A DNA stretch of 64,000 bases from an uncultured bacterium (GTDB lineage Bacteria > Margulisbacteria > WOR-1 > CAVSGV01): NCBI GenBank assembly GCA_963699255.1, contig OY969425.1, positions 6,070 through 70,069 of the forward strand, in the 5' to 3' direction. A model generated the notes under the pieces. It worked only from the letters and a program-made list of their open reading frames with translations. It had not been told where the DNA came from and searched no databases. Made by a program: the position numbers and the translations under genes. Shown piece after piece: positions 49,641-58,801 of this stretch; the stretch's first letter is position 1, and each line of letters begins with the position of its first letter.

Positions 49641-49690
49641 CATTGTGTCATTGTTAATTGTTCATTGTCCATTTAAATTGAAGGGGGTGT

Positions 49691-51834
49691 ATGTGTATGG
49701 TAGAATGTAACAAAATGAAGAGATTTGAAAGGGTGGGCATTGTAGGTCTGGCGCTGTTCCTGTCCCTCGCAAGCCTGCCGGCCGGCAGGCGGGGGGAGGC
49801 TTTTGCGTTCTCATCCCCTCCATCAAAAGAAAAGTCGGAAGCGCCAAAAGTGGTGAGCAGGTTCAGTGCGCCTCCTGCCGAAACAGATTGGCCCACCTTC
49901 CACGGGGATGTGGACAGGAACGGCATATCTCTTGCTAAATACATCAAGCCGCCGCTTTCTGTTAAGTGGGGATACTCCACCGGCGGGAACATATGGTCTT
50001 CTCCAGCCGTGGTCGCGGACACGCTCTTTGTCGGGTCGTCTGACGGCAAGCTGTACAGCCTGGACGTCGGGGACGGCAATATGCGCTGGGCGTTCAAGAC
50101 GGGAGGCGCGGTATTCTCTTCTCCGGCAGTCGACAAAGGGAACGTATATTTCGGTTCGTCGGATCACATGTTTTACGCCCTGGATGCCGATACAGGGGAC
50201 CTGAAATGGTTTTTTGAGACCGGCGACCAGATAACATCATCACCCGCGGCCTATGAAGGCAGGATTTATTTCGGTTCGTGGGACGGCTCCATGTATGCCT
50301 TAACGGATAGCGGAGGACTGAAGTGGAAATTCCAGACTGACGGCGCCATATATTCATCTCCCGCTCTGGCTTACAAGAAGGTCTTTTTCGGCTCATCTGA
50401 CGGCAAGGTGTACGCGCTGGACAGGGAAAAAGGAACCCTGTCTGGACGTTCCAGACAGACGACAACATTTCCGCGACCCCGTCCATCTCGGGGAAGGTCA
50501 TTTATATCGGGTCATGGGACGGCAGCATGTACGCTCTGGGCAGCGAGGACGGGAAGCTGTTATGGAAATTCAGGACCGGGGGAGGGGTTTATTCTTCGCC
50601 GGCGATATTGGACGATACGATCATTTTTGGTTCGTATGACGGCAAGCTATACTGCCTTGACAAACAAACGGGCGCGCTAAGGTGGTTTTATGCCTCAAAA
50701 GATTCCGTTTACCATTCATCGCCGGTCGTTGCCAACGGCGTTGTGTATGTGGGGCTTGGCTACAAGAACAAGGTACAGGCATTTAACGCAAGGACCGGAG
50801 AATATTTGTGGAGCTATCCGACAGGAGCGTCCGTAGGGGCCACTCCGGCTATTTCCGAAACCAACATGTACATAGCCGCGTCGGACGGCAAAATATACGC
50901 CTTCGGGGACATTGTGCCTCCGGATGCAAAAGTTAATCCGCTTAAGATGGCGCACAATCGATATGATTTTGTTGTCAGCTGGTCGGGGGAGGACAAGGGG
51001 GGATCCGGTATAAGGTCCTACGATGTCCAGTTCAGGTCGGGAGCCGGAGAGCCGTGGCAGAACTGGCTTACGAACGTGGCGACCACGTTCGCCGTTTTCG
51101 GCCCAAATGATCCTGTAGATGTCAGGGATAATACCGTTTATTATTTCCAGGCGCGGGCCCACGATCATGCGGGGAATGTCGGCGCTTACGCCGGCGGCGA
51201 CGGGGACACTTACACGATCATCGATCTGACCCCGCCGAGGATCGCGAAAGTAAGCATAAATAATGTTCAGGTGCAGTCCGGAAGTTTCATAAGCGCCAAA
51301 CCGCTCATCCAGGCTTCCATAAGCGACAATGTTTCCGTGGATCCGGAGAGCCTGAAAGTCTATATCGATAATGCCGAATTCATCCCGAACAGCTTCATAG
51401 GAGGGATCATGAAGTACCAGCACAAGATCCCGCTTACGCCCGGGAAGCACAATATAAAGGTCGTCGCGGAGGACACTTCCGGCAATTGGGCTGATACGTG
51501 GGAGGTAAAGAGCGTGAGGGTTTCTGAAGGGATAGAGGCGGCGGATATCTCGGCTTATCCTACGCCGTTCAATCCTCTGGCCGGCCCTATATATATTTCT
51601 TACAGGCTTAACGCCAGCGCGGAAACCAACATATACATTTATGAGAGATCCGGCTCCCTGATTTTTTCGATGAAATTCAGCGAGGGGGCGAACGGAGGAA
51701 AGCGCGGCTGGAACAAAATAGCATGGAACGGCGTATCGGCATCCGACAGCATCGCGGGGAACGGGGAATATTCCTATAAGATAGTCGCCAACAGGAATCT
51801 GGTCGGAAAAGGTCAGATAATAATACAAAAATAA
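49691..51834 (+). pseudogene. PQQ-like beta-propeller repeat protein with a T9SS-type C-terminal domain, interrupted by a single frameshift
   Basis: ORFs 49691..50680 and 50527..51834 carry the same repeat, G.LYALD..TG.L.W.F.TGG.I.SSPA. The frame switches at gaaaaaggaaccctgtctgg (~50440). The 3' frame is open from ~50446 and reads VWTFQTDDNISATPSISGKVIYIGSWDG. C-terminus: ETNIYIYERSGSLIF…GKGQIIIQK. Confidence 0.65.
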
Positions 51835-51838
51835 CACG

Positions 51839-53116
51839 ATGAAATTCAGCGAAAGCTTTATCAGCAGGATCGCCCGCCTTGAGAGGGTCTCCGAAAAGAA
51901 AATATTGAGCGGGCTCAGCTCCGGAGAGATCGCCATCCCGTATAACAAGGTCCATTCTCCTCTTCATCCCGTGGCGATCGGCGCGGGACTGCGGACAAAG
52001 GTAAACGCGAATATCGGGACCTCACAGGAATTCTGCGACCTCTCGCTTGAACTTGAAAAGGTGGAAGTGTGCCTGAAGAACAAGGCCGACGCGATAATGG
52101 ACCTGTCCATCGGAGGCGACATGGACGAGATAAGACAGGCGGTGATCAACGCTTCCACCGTTCCCGTGGGCACGGTCCCCATTTATCAGGCGGCGATAGA
52201 ATCGGGTTCAATAGAGAAAATGACGGCGGACATAATGTTCAGGGTCATCGAGAAGCACGCCCGGTCGGGGGTCGATTTCATGACGGTCCACTGCGGCGTG
52301 ACAAGGTCCCTCATAAAAAGGACAAAAGGCAAAAAGCGCATCATGGACATAGTAAGCCGCGGAGGCGCATTTTTGTATAAATGGATCGTTTCGAGAGATA
52401 TGGAGAATCCCCTGTATGAACAGTACGACAGGCTGCTTGAGATAGCGGAAAAATACGGAGTGACGCTCAGCCTCGGAGACGGAATGAGGCCGGGGTGCAT
52501 AGCCGATGCCGGCGATATGCTTCAGCTTGGGGAGCTGAAGGTGCTGGGGCAGCTGGCCCAGAGGGCCCGCAGGGCTGGCGTACAGGTCATCATTGAAGGG
52601 CCGGGGCATGTTCCTATCGATAAGATAGAGGAGCAGATCAGGCTGGAGAAAAAGATATGCAGGAAGGCGCCTTTCTATGTGCTCGGGCCGCTTCCCACGG
52701 ATGTCGCGCCGGGCTATGACCATTTGACCTCCGCCATAGGAGGGGCGATCGCGGCCGCCGCGGGAGCGGATTTCCTGTGCTACGTGACGCCGTCCGAGCA
52801 CCTGGGGCTCCCGAATTTATCGGATGTGAAGAACGGGATCGTCGCGGCCAGGATCGCCGCGCACATAGGGGATATAGCGAAGGGCGTTAACGGAGCCAGG
52901 GAGTGGGACCTGGAAATGTCCAAAGCAAGAAAAGCGCTTGATTGGGATAAACAAATCGACCTTGCTGTCGATCCAGTCACCGCGGCGGAGATAAGGGAGA
53001 CAAGGTCCGCTGCTAAAAAAACGGATACCTGCACCATGTGCGGGGAATTTTGCGCGATGAAAGTGATGTCGGAAGCAAAGCCTGCCTTGCCGTCAGGCAG
53101 GAAGCGCAAAAAATGA
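51839..53116 (+). CDS. thiC: phosphomethylpyrimidine synthase
   Basis: GTVPIYQA motif, radical-SAM/ThiC family, and the C-terminal cluster CTMCGEFCAMK. Short (425 aa) form. Confidence 0.9.
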   Translation: MKFSESFISRIARLERVSEKKILSGLSSGEIAIPYNKVHSPLHPVAIGAGLRTKVNANIGTSQEFCDLSLELEKVEVCLKNKADAIMDLSIGGDMDEIRQAVINASTVPVGTVPIYQAAIESGSIEKMTADIMFRVIEKHARSGVDFMTVHCGVTRSLIKRTKGKKRIMDIVSRGGAFLYKWIVSRDMENPLYEQYDRLLEIAEKYGVTLSLGDGMRPGCIADAGDMLQLGELKVLGQLAQRARRAGVQVIIEGPGHVPIDKIEEQIRLEKKICRKAPFYVLGPLPTDVAPGYDHLTSAIGGAIAAAAGADFLCYVTPSEHLGLPNLSDVKNGIVAARIAAHIGDIAKGVNGAREWDLEMSKARKALDWDKQIDLAVDPVTAAEIRETRSAAKKTDTCTMCGEFCAMKVMSEAKPALPSGRKRKK

Positions 53117-54048
53117 AGATATCCAAAGTCGGGCAGTTCGGGCTGATCGATATCATAAAAAGAAAGAATCCTTCAAGAGCGAAGGATGTTGTTGCCTCTA
53201 TCGGCGACGATGCAGCCGTAATAAAAAACAACGCAAAAGATAAATATATATTATTGACCACGGATACGCTGGTCGAGAAGACACATTTCAATTTAAAATA
53301 TTTCACGTTTTTCGAATTAGGATGGAAACTTCTCGCGGTGAACCTTTCGGATATCGCCGCTATGGGAGGCGTCCCGAAGTATGCTCTCGTGACGCTGGGA
53401 CTGAAGAAGGATCTAAGCGTTGCGGATATCAATGGCTTTTATGCGGGGATCAGGGCCCTTGCCGGAAAGCATCATGTTGAAATAGTCGGCGGGGACATCG
53501 TAAGTTCGCCGCGGAATTTATTTTTTACTCTGGACCTTTTTGGCACGGCGGAAAAAGTCATCAAGAGGAGCGGGGCAAGGCCCGGTGATGCGGTTGTTTC
53601 GATCGGGAGTATTGGCGGATCCGCTGCGGGGCTTGCATCTTTGAGAAAATACGGCAGGAAAGCTTTGAATATTGATAGATCGAATGCGAAAGCCCATCTT
53701 ATGCCGTATCCCATGATCAAAGAAGGCCGCCTCGCGTCCAGATACGCGACTTCGATGATAGATAACAGCGACGGGCTCGCGAGATGCCTCATTGAAATAT
53801 GCGGATCAGGCAAAGTCGGCGCGAAAATATACTTAAAGAGCGTCCCGGTCGCCAAAGGGGCCACACTTAAGGATGCGTTCGACGGCGGGGAAGATTACAA
53901 CTTGATCTTAACCGTCCCGAAAAATAAAGTTAAGCTGGTCAAAAAAGGCGTAATGATCGGAGAGGTTACGAGGGCAAGGAAGATCGTTCTAGTCGACGGC
54001 AAAGGCCGGGAGTCTCTCATGAAAGCAAAGGGGTACGAGCACTTTTGA
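53113..54048 (+). CDS. thiL: thiamine-monophosphate kinase
   Basis: MKISKVGQFGLIDII…ASIGDDAAVI…LLTTDTLVEKTHF…VNLSDIAAMGG matches the AIR-synthase-related ThiL family. ATG overlaps the thiC stop (ATGA). Confidence 0.8.
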   Translation: MKISKVGQFGLIDIIKRKNPSRAKDVVASIGDDAAVIKNNAKDKYILLTTDTLVEKTHFNLKYFTFFELGWKLLAVNLSDIAAMGGVPKYALVTLGLKKDLSVADINGFYAGIRALAGKHHVEIVGGDIVSSPRNLFFTLDLFGTAEKVIKRSGARPGDAVVSIGSIGGSAAGLASLRKYGRKALNIDRSNAKAHLMPYPMIKEGRLASRYATSMIDNSDGLARCLIEICGSGKVGAKIYLKSVPVAKGATLKDAFDGGEDYNLILTVPKNKVKLVKKGVMIGEVTRARKIVLVDGKGRESLMKAKGYEHF

Positions 54049-54071
54049 AGGGGTGAGGTCGGAGGGTAATT

Positions 54072-55187
54072 TTGATAAATAAGAACAATTTGGTAAAGCG
54101 TTTCATTAAATACGTTAAGATCGACAGCCTGTCGGGAAAAGAAGCCCGGTTCATGAAGCTTATCAGGAAACAGCTGTCGGATATGGGGATCAGGTCATAT
54201 CAGGACAATGCCGGCCGCAAGATCGGGGGCGACTGCGGCAACCTTTACGCTTTCATTAAAGGCACGGTAAAGGGCGCGCCAAGGATACTTATTAACGCTC
54301 ATGTTGACACGGTCATGCCGGGGGAGAACATCAGGCCGCGGATAAGGAAAGGGATCATCCGCAGCGACGGGAAAACTATATTAGGCGCGGATAACAAGGC
54401 CGGCGTCGCGGTGATAATGGAAGTTTTAAAAACGATCAGGTCAAATAAAGTGCCTCACGGGGACCTGGATATTCTGTTCACTGTTTCGGAAGAAACCGGT
54501 CTCATGGGCTCAAAATACGTGGACAGGAAATTCCTGAAGGCCGACTTCGGCTATGTCCTGGACGGCGGGGAAGTGGAGGAGATGATCAACAATGCCCCTT
54601 CGCAGGACTCGTTCGACATCACGATAACGGGGCGCGCGGCGCATGCAGGGGTCCATCCGGAGCAGGGGATAAACGCGATCAAGGTCGCGTCCGCGGCGAT
54701 ATCAAAGATGAGACTCGGAAGGATCGACCATGAAACCACCGCCAATATCGGGATAATAAAAGGCGGCGTCGCGACGAATATCGTCCCTGAAACCGTTAAT
54801 ATTCTGGGAGAGGCGAGGAGCCGCGACATGAAGAAACTGAGGCGGCAGGTGAAGCATATGGTAAGCGTCCTGCGCGAGGCGTGCTCTAAATTCAAGGCAA
54901 AACTGATATGCAAGGTCACGCCTTCTTACAGGGCGTTCAATATCCCAAAGACGCATAAGGCATTGGTCCTGGCGCAGAAAGCGGCAAAAAAGATCGGATT
55001 GAAACCGGTCGTTAAACCTACCGGCGGCGGAAGCGACGCGAATATTTTCTCTTCATTTGGACTGCCGTGCCTGATCCTGGGCGTCGGAGCGGACAGCGTC
55101 CACACAAAAAAAGAGAACATAGCCGTGGATGACATGGCGGCCGGCGCGGACCTTCTTTTAAATATCATAAAGGAGAGCTTGGGATGA
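54072..55187 (+). CDS. M20-family metallopeptidase (peptidase T-like)
   Basis: LVKRFIKYVKIDSLSGKE, INAHVDTVMPGE, GADNKAGVAVIME and FTVSEETG match M20/PepT. Confidence 0.75.
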   Translation: MINKNNLVKRFIKYVKIDSLSGKEARFMKLIRKQLSDMGIRSYQDNAGRKIGGDCGNLYAFIKGTVKGAPRILINAHVDTVMPGENIRPRIRKGIIRSDGKTILGADNKAGVAVIMEVLKTIRSNKVPHGDLDILFTVSEETGLMGSKYVDRKFLKADFGYVLDGGEVEEMINNAPSQDSFDITITGRAAHAGVHPEQGINAIKVASAAISKMRLGRIDHETTANIGIIKGGVATNIVPETVNILGEARSRDMKKLRRQVKHMVSVLREACSKFKAKLICKVTPSYRAFNIPKTHKALVLAQKAAKKIGLKPVVKPTGGGSDANIFSSFGLPCLILGVGADSVHTKKENIAVDDMAAGADLLLNIIKESLG

Positions 55188-55714
55188 TGGAGAAGACCCT
55201 GAAAACAAATAGGATATATAAAGGCAGGATCGTCGGATTGAGGGAGGACACTGTCAAACTAGTTAACGGAGTGGTGTCCAAAAGGGAGATAGTTGAGCAT
55301 CCGGGCGCCGTCGCCGTTATCGCCGTTACAAAAGACGGCAGGATGGTCCTGATAAGGCAGTTCAGGAAACCCGCGGAGAAAGTTCTTCTTGAAATTCCCG
55401 CGGGGCTTGTGCACAAGGGAGAAAGCAATATCAACGGCGCGCGAAGGGAGCTTACGGAAGAGACCGGATATGTGGCCGGCAGGATCAGGGAGATATTCAG
55501 CGGCTACTCGTCCCCTGGGTACAGCACGGAAGTGATAAAATTCTTCCTCGCGACCGACCTGAAGAAAGCGGAACAAAATTGCGATGCGGATGAAATGATC
55601 AGCGTTGAACTTTGTCCCGTGAAAAAAGCCCTGAAGATGCTGAGGCTGGGAAAGATAAGGGACAATAAAACAGCCGTCGGAATACTGCTAGCTAATATTT
55701 TATGGAAAAGATAA
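55184..55714 (+). CDS. NUDIX hydrolase (ADP-ribose pyrophosphatase-like)
   Basis: Nudix box GLVHKGESNINGARRELTEETGY. Start overlaps the upstream stop. Confidence 0.8.
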   Translation: MMEKTLKTNRIYKGRIVGLREDTVKLVNGVVSKREIVEHPGAVAVIAVTKDGRMVLIRQFRKPAEKVLLEIPAGLVHKGESNINGARRELTEETGYVAGRIREIFSGYSSPGYSTEVIKFFLATDLKKAEQNCDADEMISVELCPVKKALKMLRLGKIRDNKTAVGILLANILWKR

Positions 55715-56562
55715 TAGAAGAATTTTTAAGCCACCTTAAGTATGAAAGGGGATACAGCGGGAACACCGTATCTGCTTATAAGAGGGACCTTGCTCATTTT
55801 GACAGGCATTTGAGGCAGCTGAATATCAGCTCTGTAAGCAGCATCACAAGGCCCGCGATAAGTTCGTTCGTCACGGCCCTTGTGGGGATGGGGCTTGAAG
55901 CTTCAAGCATAGAAAGGCATGTTGCGGCGGTAAAATCATTTTTTGCTTATCTGGTAAGGGAAGGCAAGGTCAAGATAAACCCCACTTCTGATATAAGGCT
56001 TCCGAGAAAGAGCAAGAAACTGCCGAAAGCCCTTTCAATGAACGAGGCGAAGAGCCTGGTGGAATGCCCCAGGTCAAAAAAGGACAGGGCGATAATGGAG
56101 CTTCTTTACGCGACGGGGATAAGGGCGACGGAGCTGGTCGGCCTCACGCTGAATGATGTCAATCTGGACGTCGGCTTTATCAAATGTTTCGGCAAGGGCG
56201 GGAAAGAACGGATCGTGCCGATGGGAGGATCCGCGATCTCCGCCATTAAAGAATACATCAAGTCGGACCGTCCAAAGTCCTCAAGCGATATTTTGTTCCT
56301 GGACAGGATGGGAAAGCAGCTTACCCGCCAGGGACTCTGGTTCATCGTCAAGAAATACGTTGAATTATCGGGGGTGAGGGCGAGCGCGTCTCCCCACACC
56401 CTGAGGCATTCTTTCGCCACGCACCTTTTGGAGGGCGGCGCGGACCTGCGCTGCGTCCAGGAGATGCTGGGCCACAGCGATATTTCCACCACCCAGGTGT
56501 ATACTAGCGTAAGCAGGGAGCGGCTGAAAAAGATATATCACTCCGCTCATCCTAGGGCATAA
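55702..56562 (+). CDS. XerC/XerD-family tyrosine recombinase
   Basis: N-terminal SAM-like domain (LKYERGYSGNTVSAYKRDLAHF). C-terminal catalytic region HTLRHSFATHLLEGGADLRCVQEMLGHSDISTTQVYT has the R..H..R..Y residues. Confidence 0.85.
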   Translation: MEKIIEEFLSHLKYERGYSGNTVSAYKRDLAHFDRHLRQLNISSVSSITRPAISSFVTALVGMGLEASSIERHVAAVKSFFAYLVREGKVKINPTSDIRLPRKSKKLPKALSMNEAKSLVECPRSKKDRAIMELLYATGIRATELVGLTLNDVNLDVGFIKCFGKGGKERIVPMGGSAISAIKEYIKSDRPKSSSDILFLDRMGKQLTRQGLWFIVKKYVELSGVRASASPHTLRHSFATHLLEGGADLRCVQEMLGHSDISTTQVYTSVSRERLKKIYHSAHPRA

Positions 56563-56776
56563 CGGGTAACCATGGAACCTGAGACTAAAAGTCTCGGTTC
56601 CAAATAGAGTATGAAAATTAACCGCGAATTTTATTCGCGGGATGTTAGTTAGCTCATCCTAGGGCATAACGGGTAACCATGGAACCTGAGACTAAAAGTC
56701 TCGGTTCCAAATAGAGTATGAAAATTAACCGCGAATTTTATTCGCGGGATTTTAGTTAACTCATCCGAGGGCATAA
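56545..56776 (+). repeat. tandem direct repeat, 2 x 107 bp plus a 15-bp partial third unit; each unit has two hairpins and includes the last ~18 nt of the recombinase gene
   Basis: The unit is (gct)catcctagggcataacgggtaaccatGGAACCtGAGACtaaaaGTCTCGGTTCCaaatagagtatgaaaattaaCCGCGAATtttATTCGCGGgat(g/t)ttagtta(g/a)ct, with units at 56548-56654 and 56655-56761, then catccgagggcataa. Confidence 0.85.
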
Positions 56777-56779
56777 AAT

Positions 56780-57379
56780 ATGTTAGGCGCTTTGATACTT
56801 ATTTTGATATTCCTTTTTGCCGTCACGATACACGAGGCCTCTCACGGATTCGTGGCTAACATGCTTGGGGATCCGACGCCGAAGCTTGCCGGCCGCCTGA
56901 CCCTGAACCCTGTGGCGCATCTGGATCCCATCGGGACGCTGCTGCCTCTTTTGCTGATATTTTCTGGGTCTCCAATGGTATTCGGCTGGGCGAAGCCGGT
57001 GCCGATAAACCCTTATAATTTCAAGGACCCATCCCGTGGGGAAATGCTGGTTTCGTTCGCCGGGCCGTTCTCAAATTTCCTTGCCGCATGGATAGTTGCG
57101 ATGCTGATAAGGTTCATCCCCGCACATATAATGATGACCGGTATTACAGTTTCCGTTATACGCAGCTTTATTCTGGTCAATCTTACCCTGGCGGTCTTTA
57201 ATCTTATTCCTATCCCGCCTTTGGACGGTTCGCACATACTTGAGCCGTTCATTCCGTACGAGTTCAGGCGGATGTTCGAGCAATACGGCTTCTTCATATT
57301 GATATTCATACTTATTTTCCCGCCAACGGCGGACCTGTTGTTCTACATAATAAACTTCCTGTTCGGGCTGATGACCTAA
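56780..57379 (+). CDS. M50-family (site-2 protease-like) membrane metalloprotease
   Basis: HEASHGF zinc motif at the N-terminus, multiple TM segments, and NLIPIPPLDGSHIL (the LDG motif). Confidence 0.75.
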   Translation: MLGALILILIFLFAVTIHEASHGFVANMLGDPTPKLAGRLTLNPVAHLDPIGTLLPLLLIFSGSPMVFGWAKPVPINPYNFKDPSRGEMLVSFAGPFSNFLAAWIVAMLIRFIPAHIMMTGITVSVIRSFILVNLTLAVFNLIPIPPLDGSHILEPFIPYEFRRMFEQYGFFILIFILIFPPTADLLFYIINFLFGLMT

Positions 57380-57380
57380 A

Positions 57381-58562
57381 ATGAACTATCGCCGCGCGGT
57401 CGCCTATCTGGAGAGCTTTCAGAAAATGGGCATAAGGCTTGGGCTTGAAAGGATCCGCACCCTGCTTTCGCATCTCGGAGCCCCCCAGGATGCTTACAAG
57501 ATGATCCACATTGCCGGAACGAACGGAAAAGGTTCCATTGCCGCCATGCTTTCATCGATACTTAAACAGGCCGGATATAATGTAGGGCTTTACACTTCGC
57601 CGCATCTCGTCGATTACACCGAGAGGATAAGGATAAATGAGAAGGACGTCTCGAGGGAAAAATTCGCCGCGGCCGTTGAGGCGGTTAAAAAGGTCATCAA
57701 CAAGCTGCCGGAGATGGACCTTACGGAATTCGAGGTCCTGACCGCCGCATCGTTCTTGTTGTTATCCCGTGAAAAAGTTGAGATAGTCATCGTTGAGACC
57801 GGGCTTGGCGGCAGTCTTGACGCGACGAACGTAATAACCCCCATATTATCGATCATCACTAATATCGATTATGACCACATGGATGTTCTGGGCGGCACTA
57901 TAAGCAAGATAGCAAAGGAAAAGGGCGGGATCATAAAGAACCATGTCCCGCTTGTCACCGGCGAAAAAAAAGTGTGGCGGATCCTGCATAGTATATGTAA
58001 GGAAAAGAGATGCAGGTTCATCAGGTCCGTCAGGGAAAAGGTTAAATATGTCCCGTTACTGGGGAGCCATCAGGCGGAGAACACGAAGGTTGTGCTTGCC
58101 AGCGTACGGGTTTTAAGGGGTTTGGGGCTCAATATCAGCGATAAGCAGGTGGACAGAGGGCTTCGGCGCACTTTCTGGCCAGGAAGGCTTCAGGTCGTCT
58201 CAAAAAGTCCTCTGACTATCCTTGACGGGGCGCATAATCCCGCGGGAGCGAAAGCTCTGGTTGAATATCTGTCAGGATTGAAGAAGAAGTTCACTTTTGT
58301 TATCGGGATGCAGAGGAACAAGGATATTGATAGTGTTATCAAAATATTGATGCCTGTCGCGGACAGGTTCATTGTTGTAAAGTCGAGCAATCCGAATGCC
58401 GTGTCGAAAGATGTCCTTGCGAAGAAGATAGAGAGGGCAGGGGGGCTGGCGGTGATCGCGAAGGATCTGAAGGGGGCACTTTCGATGGCGAAAAAGACAG
58501 GGAATCCCGTCTGTGTCGCCGGCTCGCTTTATTTAATAGGAGATGCGTTAAAGAAGTTTTAA
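57381..58562 (+). CDS. folC: folylpolyglutamate synthase / dihydrofolate synthase
   Basis: HIAGTNGKGS P-loop, YTSPHLVDYTERI and DGAHNPAGAKAL are typical of FolC (Mur ligase family). Confidence 0.85.
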   Translation: MNYRRAVAYLESFQKMGIRLGLERIRTLLSHLGAPQDAYKMIHIAGTNGKGSIAAMLSSILKQAGYNVGLYTSPHLVDYTERIRINEKDVSREKFAAAVEAVKKVINKLPEMDLTEFEVLTAASFLLLSREKVEIVIVETGLGGSLDATNVITPILSIITNIDYDHMDVLGGTISKIAKEKGGIIKNHVPLVTGEKKVWRILHSICKEKRCRFIRSVREKVKYVPLLGSHQAENTKVVLASVRVLRGLGLNISDKQVDRGLRRTFWPGRLQVVSKSPLTILDGAHNPAGAKALVEYLSGLKKKFTFVIGMQRNKDIDSVIKILMPVADRFIVVKSSNPNAVSKDVLAKKIERAGGLAVIAKDLKGALSMAKKTGNPVCVAGSLYLIGDALKKF

Positions 58563-58801
58563 TTTGAGAAGGATTTAAAAGGTCCTTATTTAAGGAGTTG
58601 TCGGATGATGCTCGTTGCAATGGCATTTACTCTAATTCATAGGCACAGTCTGGGTAAAGAGAGTTTGAGAAGGCGAAGGAATGGAATATTAGGATTCCGA
58701 ACGAAAAAGAGTATAATGAGTTGAAATATCTTATTTTGTTAGGTGTACTAATGTGATTAGCGGAAATGAATCAACTAAAAAACGACTATTGGAGGTAAAT
58801 C

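Noticed and set aside
51780-51840. Expected TPP riboswitch upstream of thiC
   Set aside because: thiC starts 5 nt after the upstream stop, leaving no room. No THI-box-like CTGAGA…ACCTGATC element is visible nearby.
50716-51948. 410-aa ORF on the - strand
   Set aside because: Antisense to the PQQ-propeller / CTD gene, with no RBS or start context. The sense-strand gene has clear repeat homology.
56548-56654. Possible tRNA-like gene within the 107-bp repeat unit (stem GAGA/TCTC with 7-nt loop CTAAAAG)
   Set aside because: No acceptor stem, no D-arm, and no T-arm with a GTTC-loop structure could be formed. The outer GGAACC/GGTTCC pairing makes it a simple extended hairpin.
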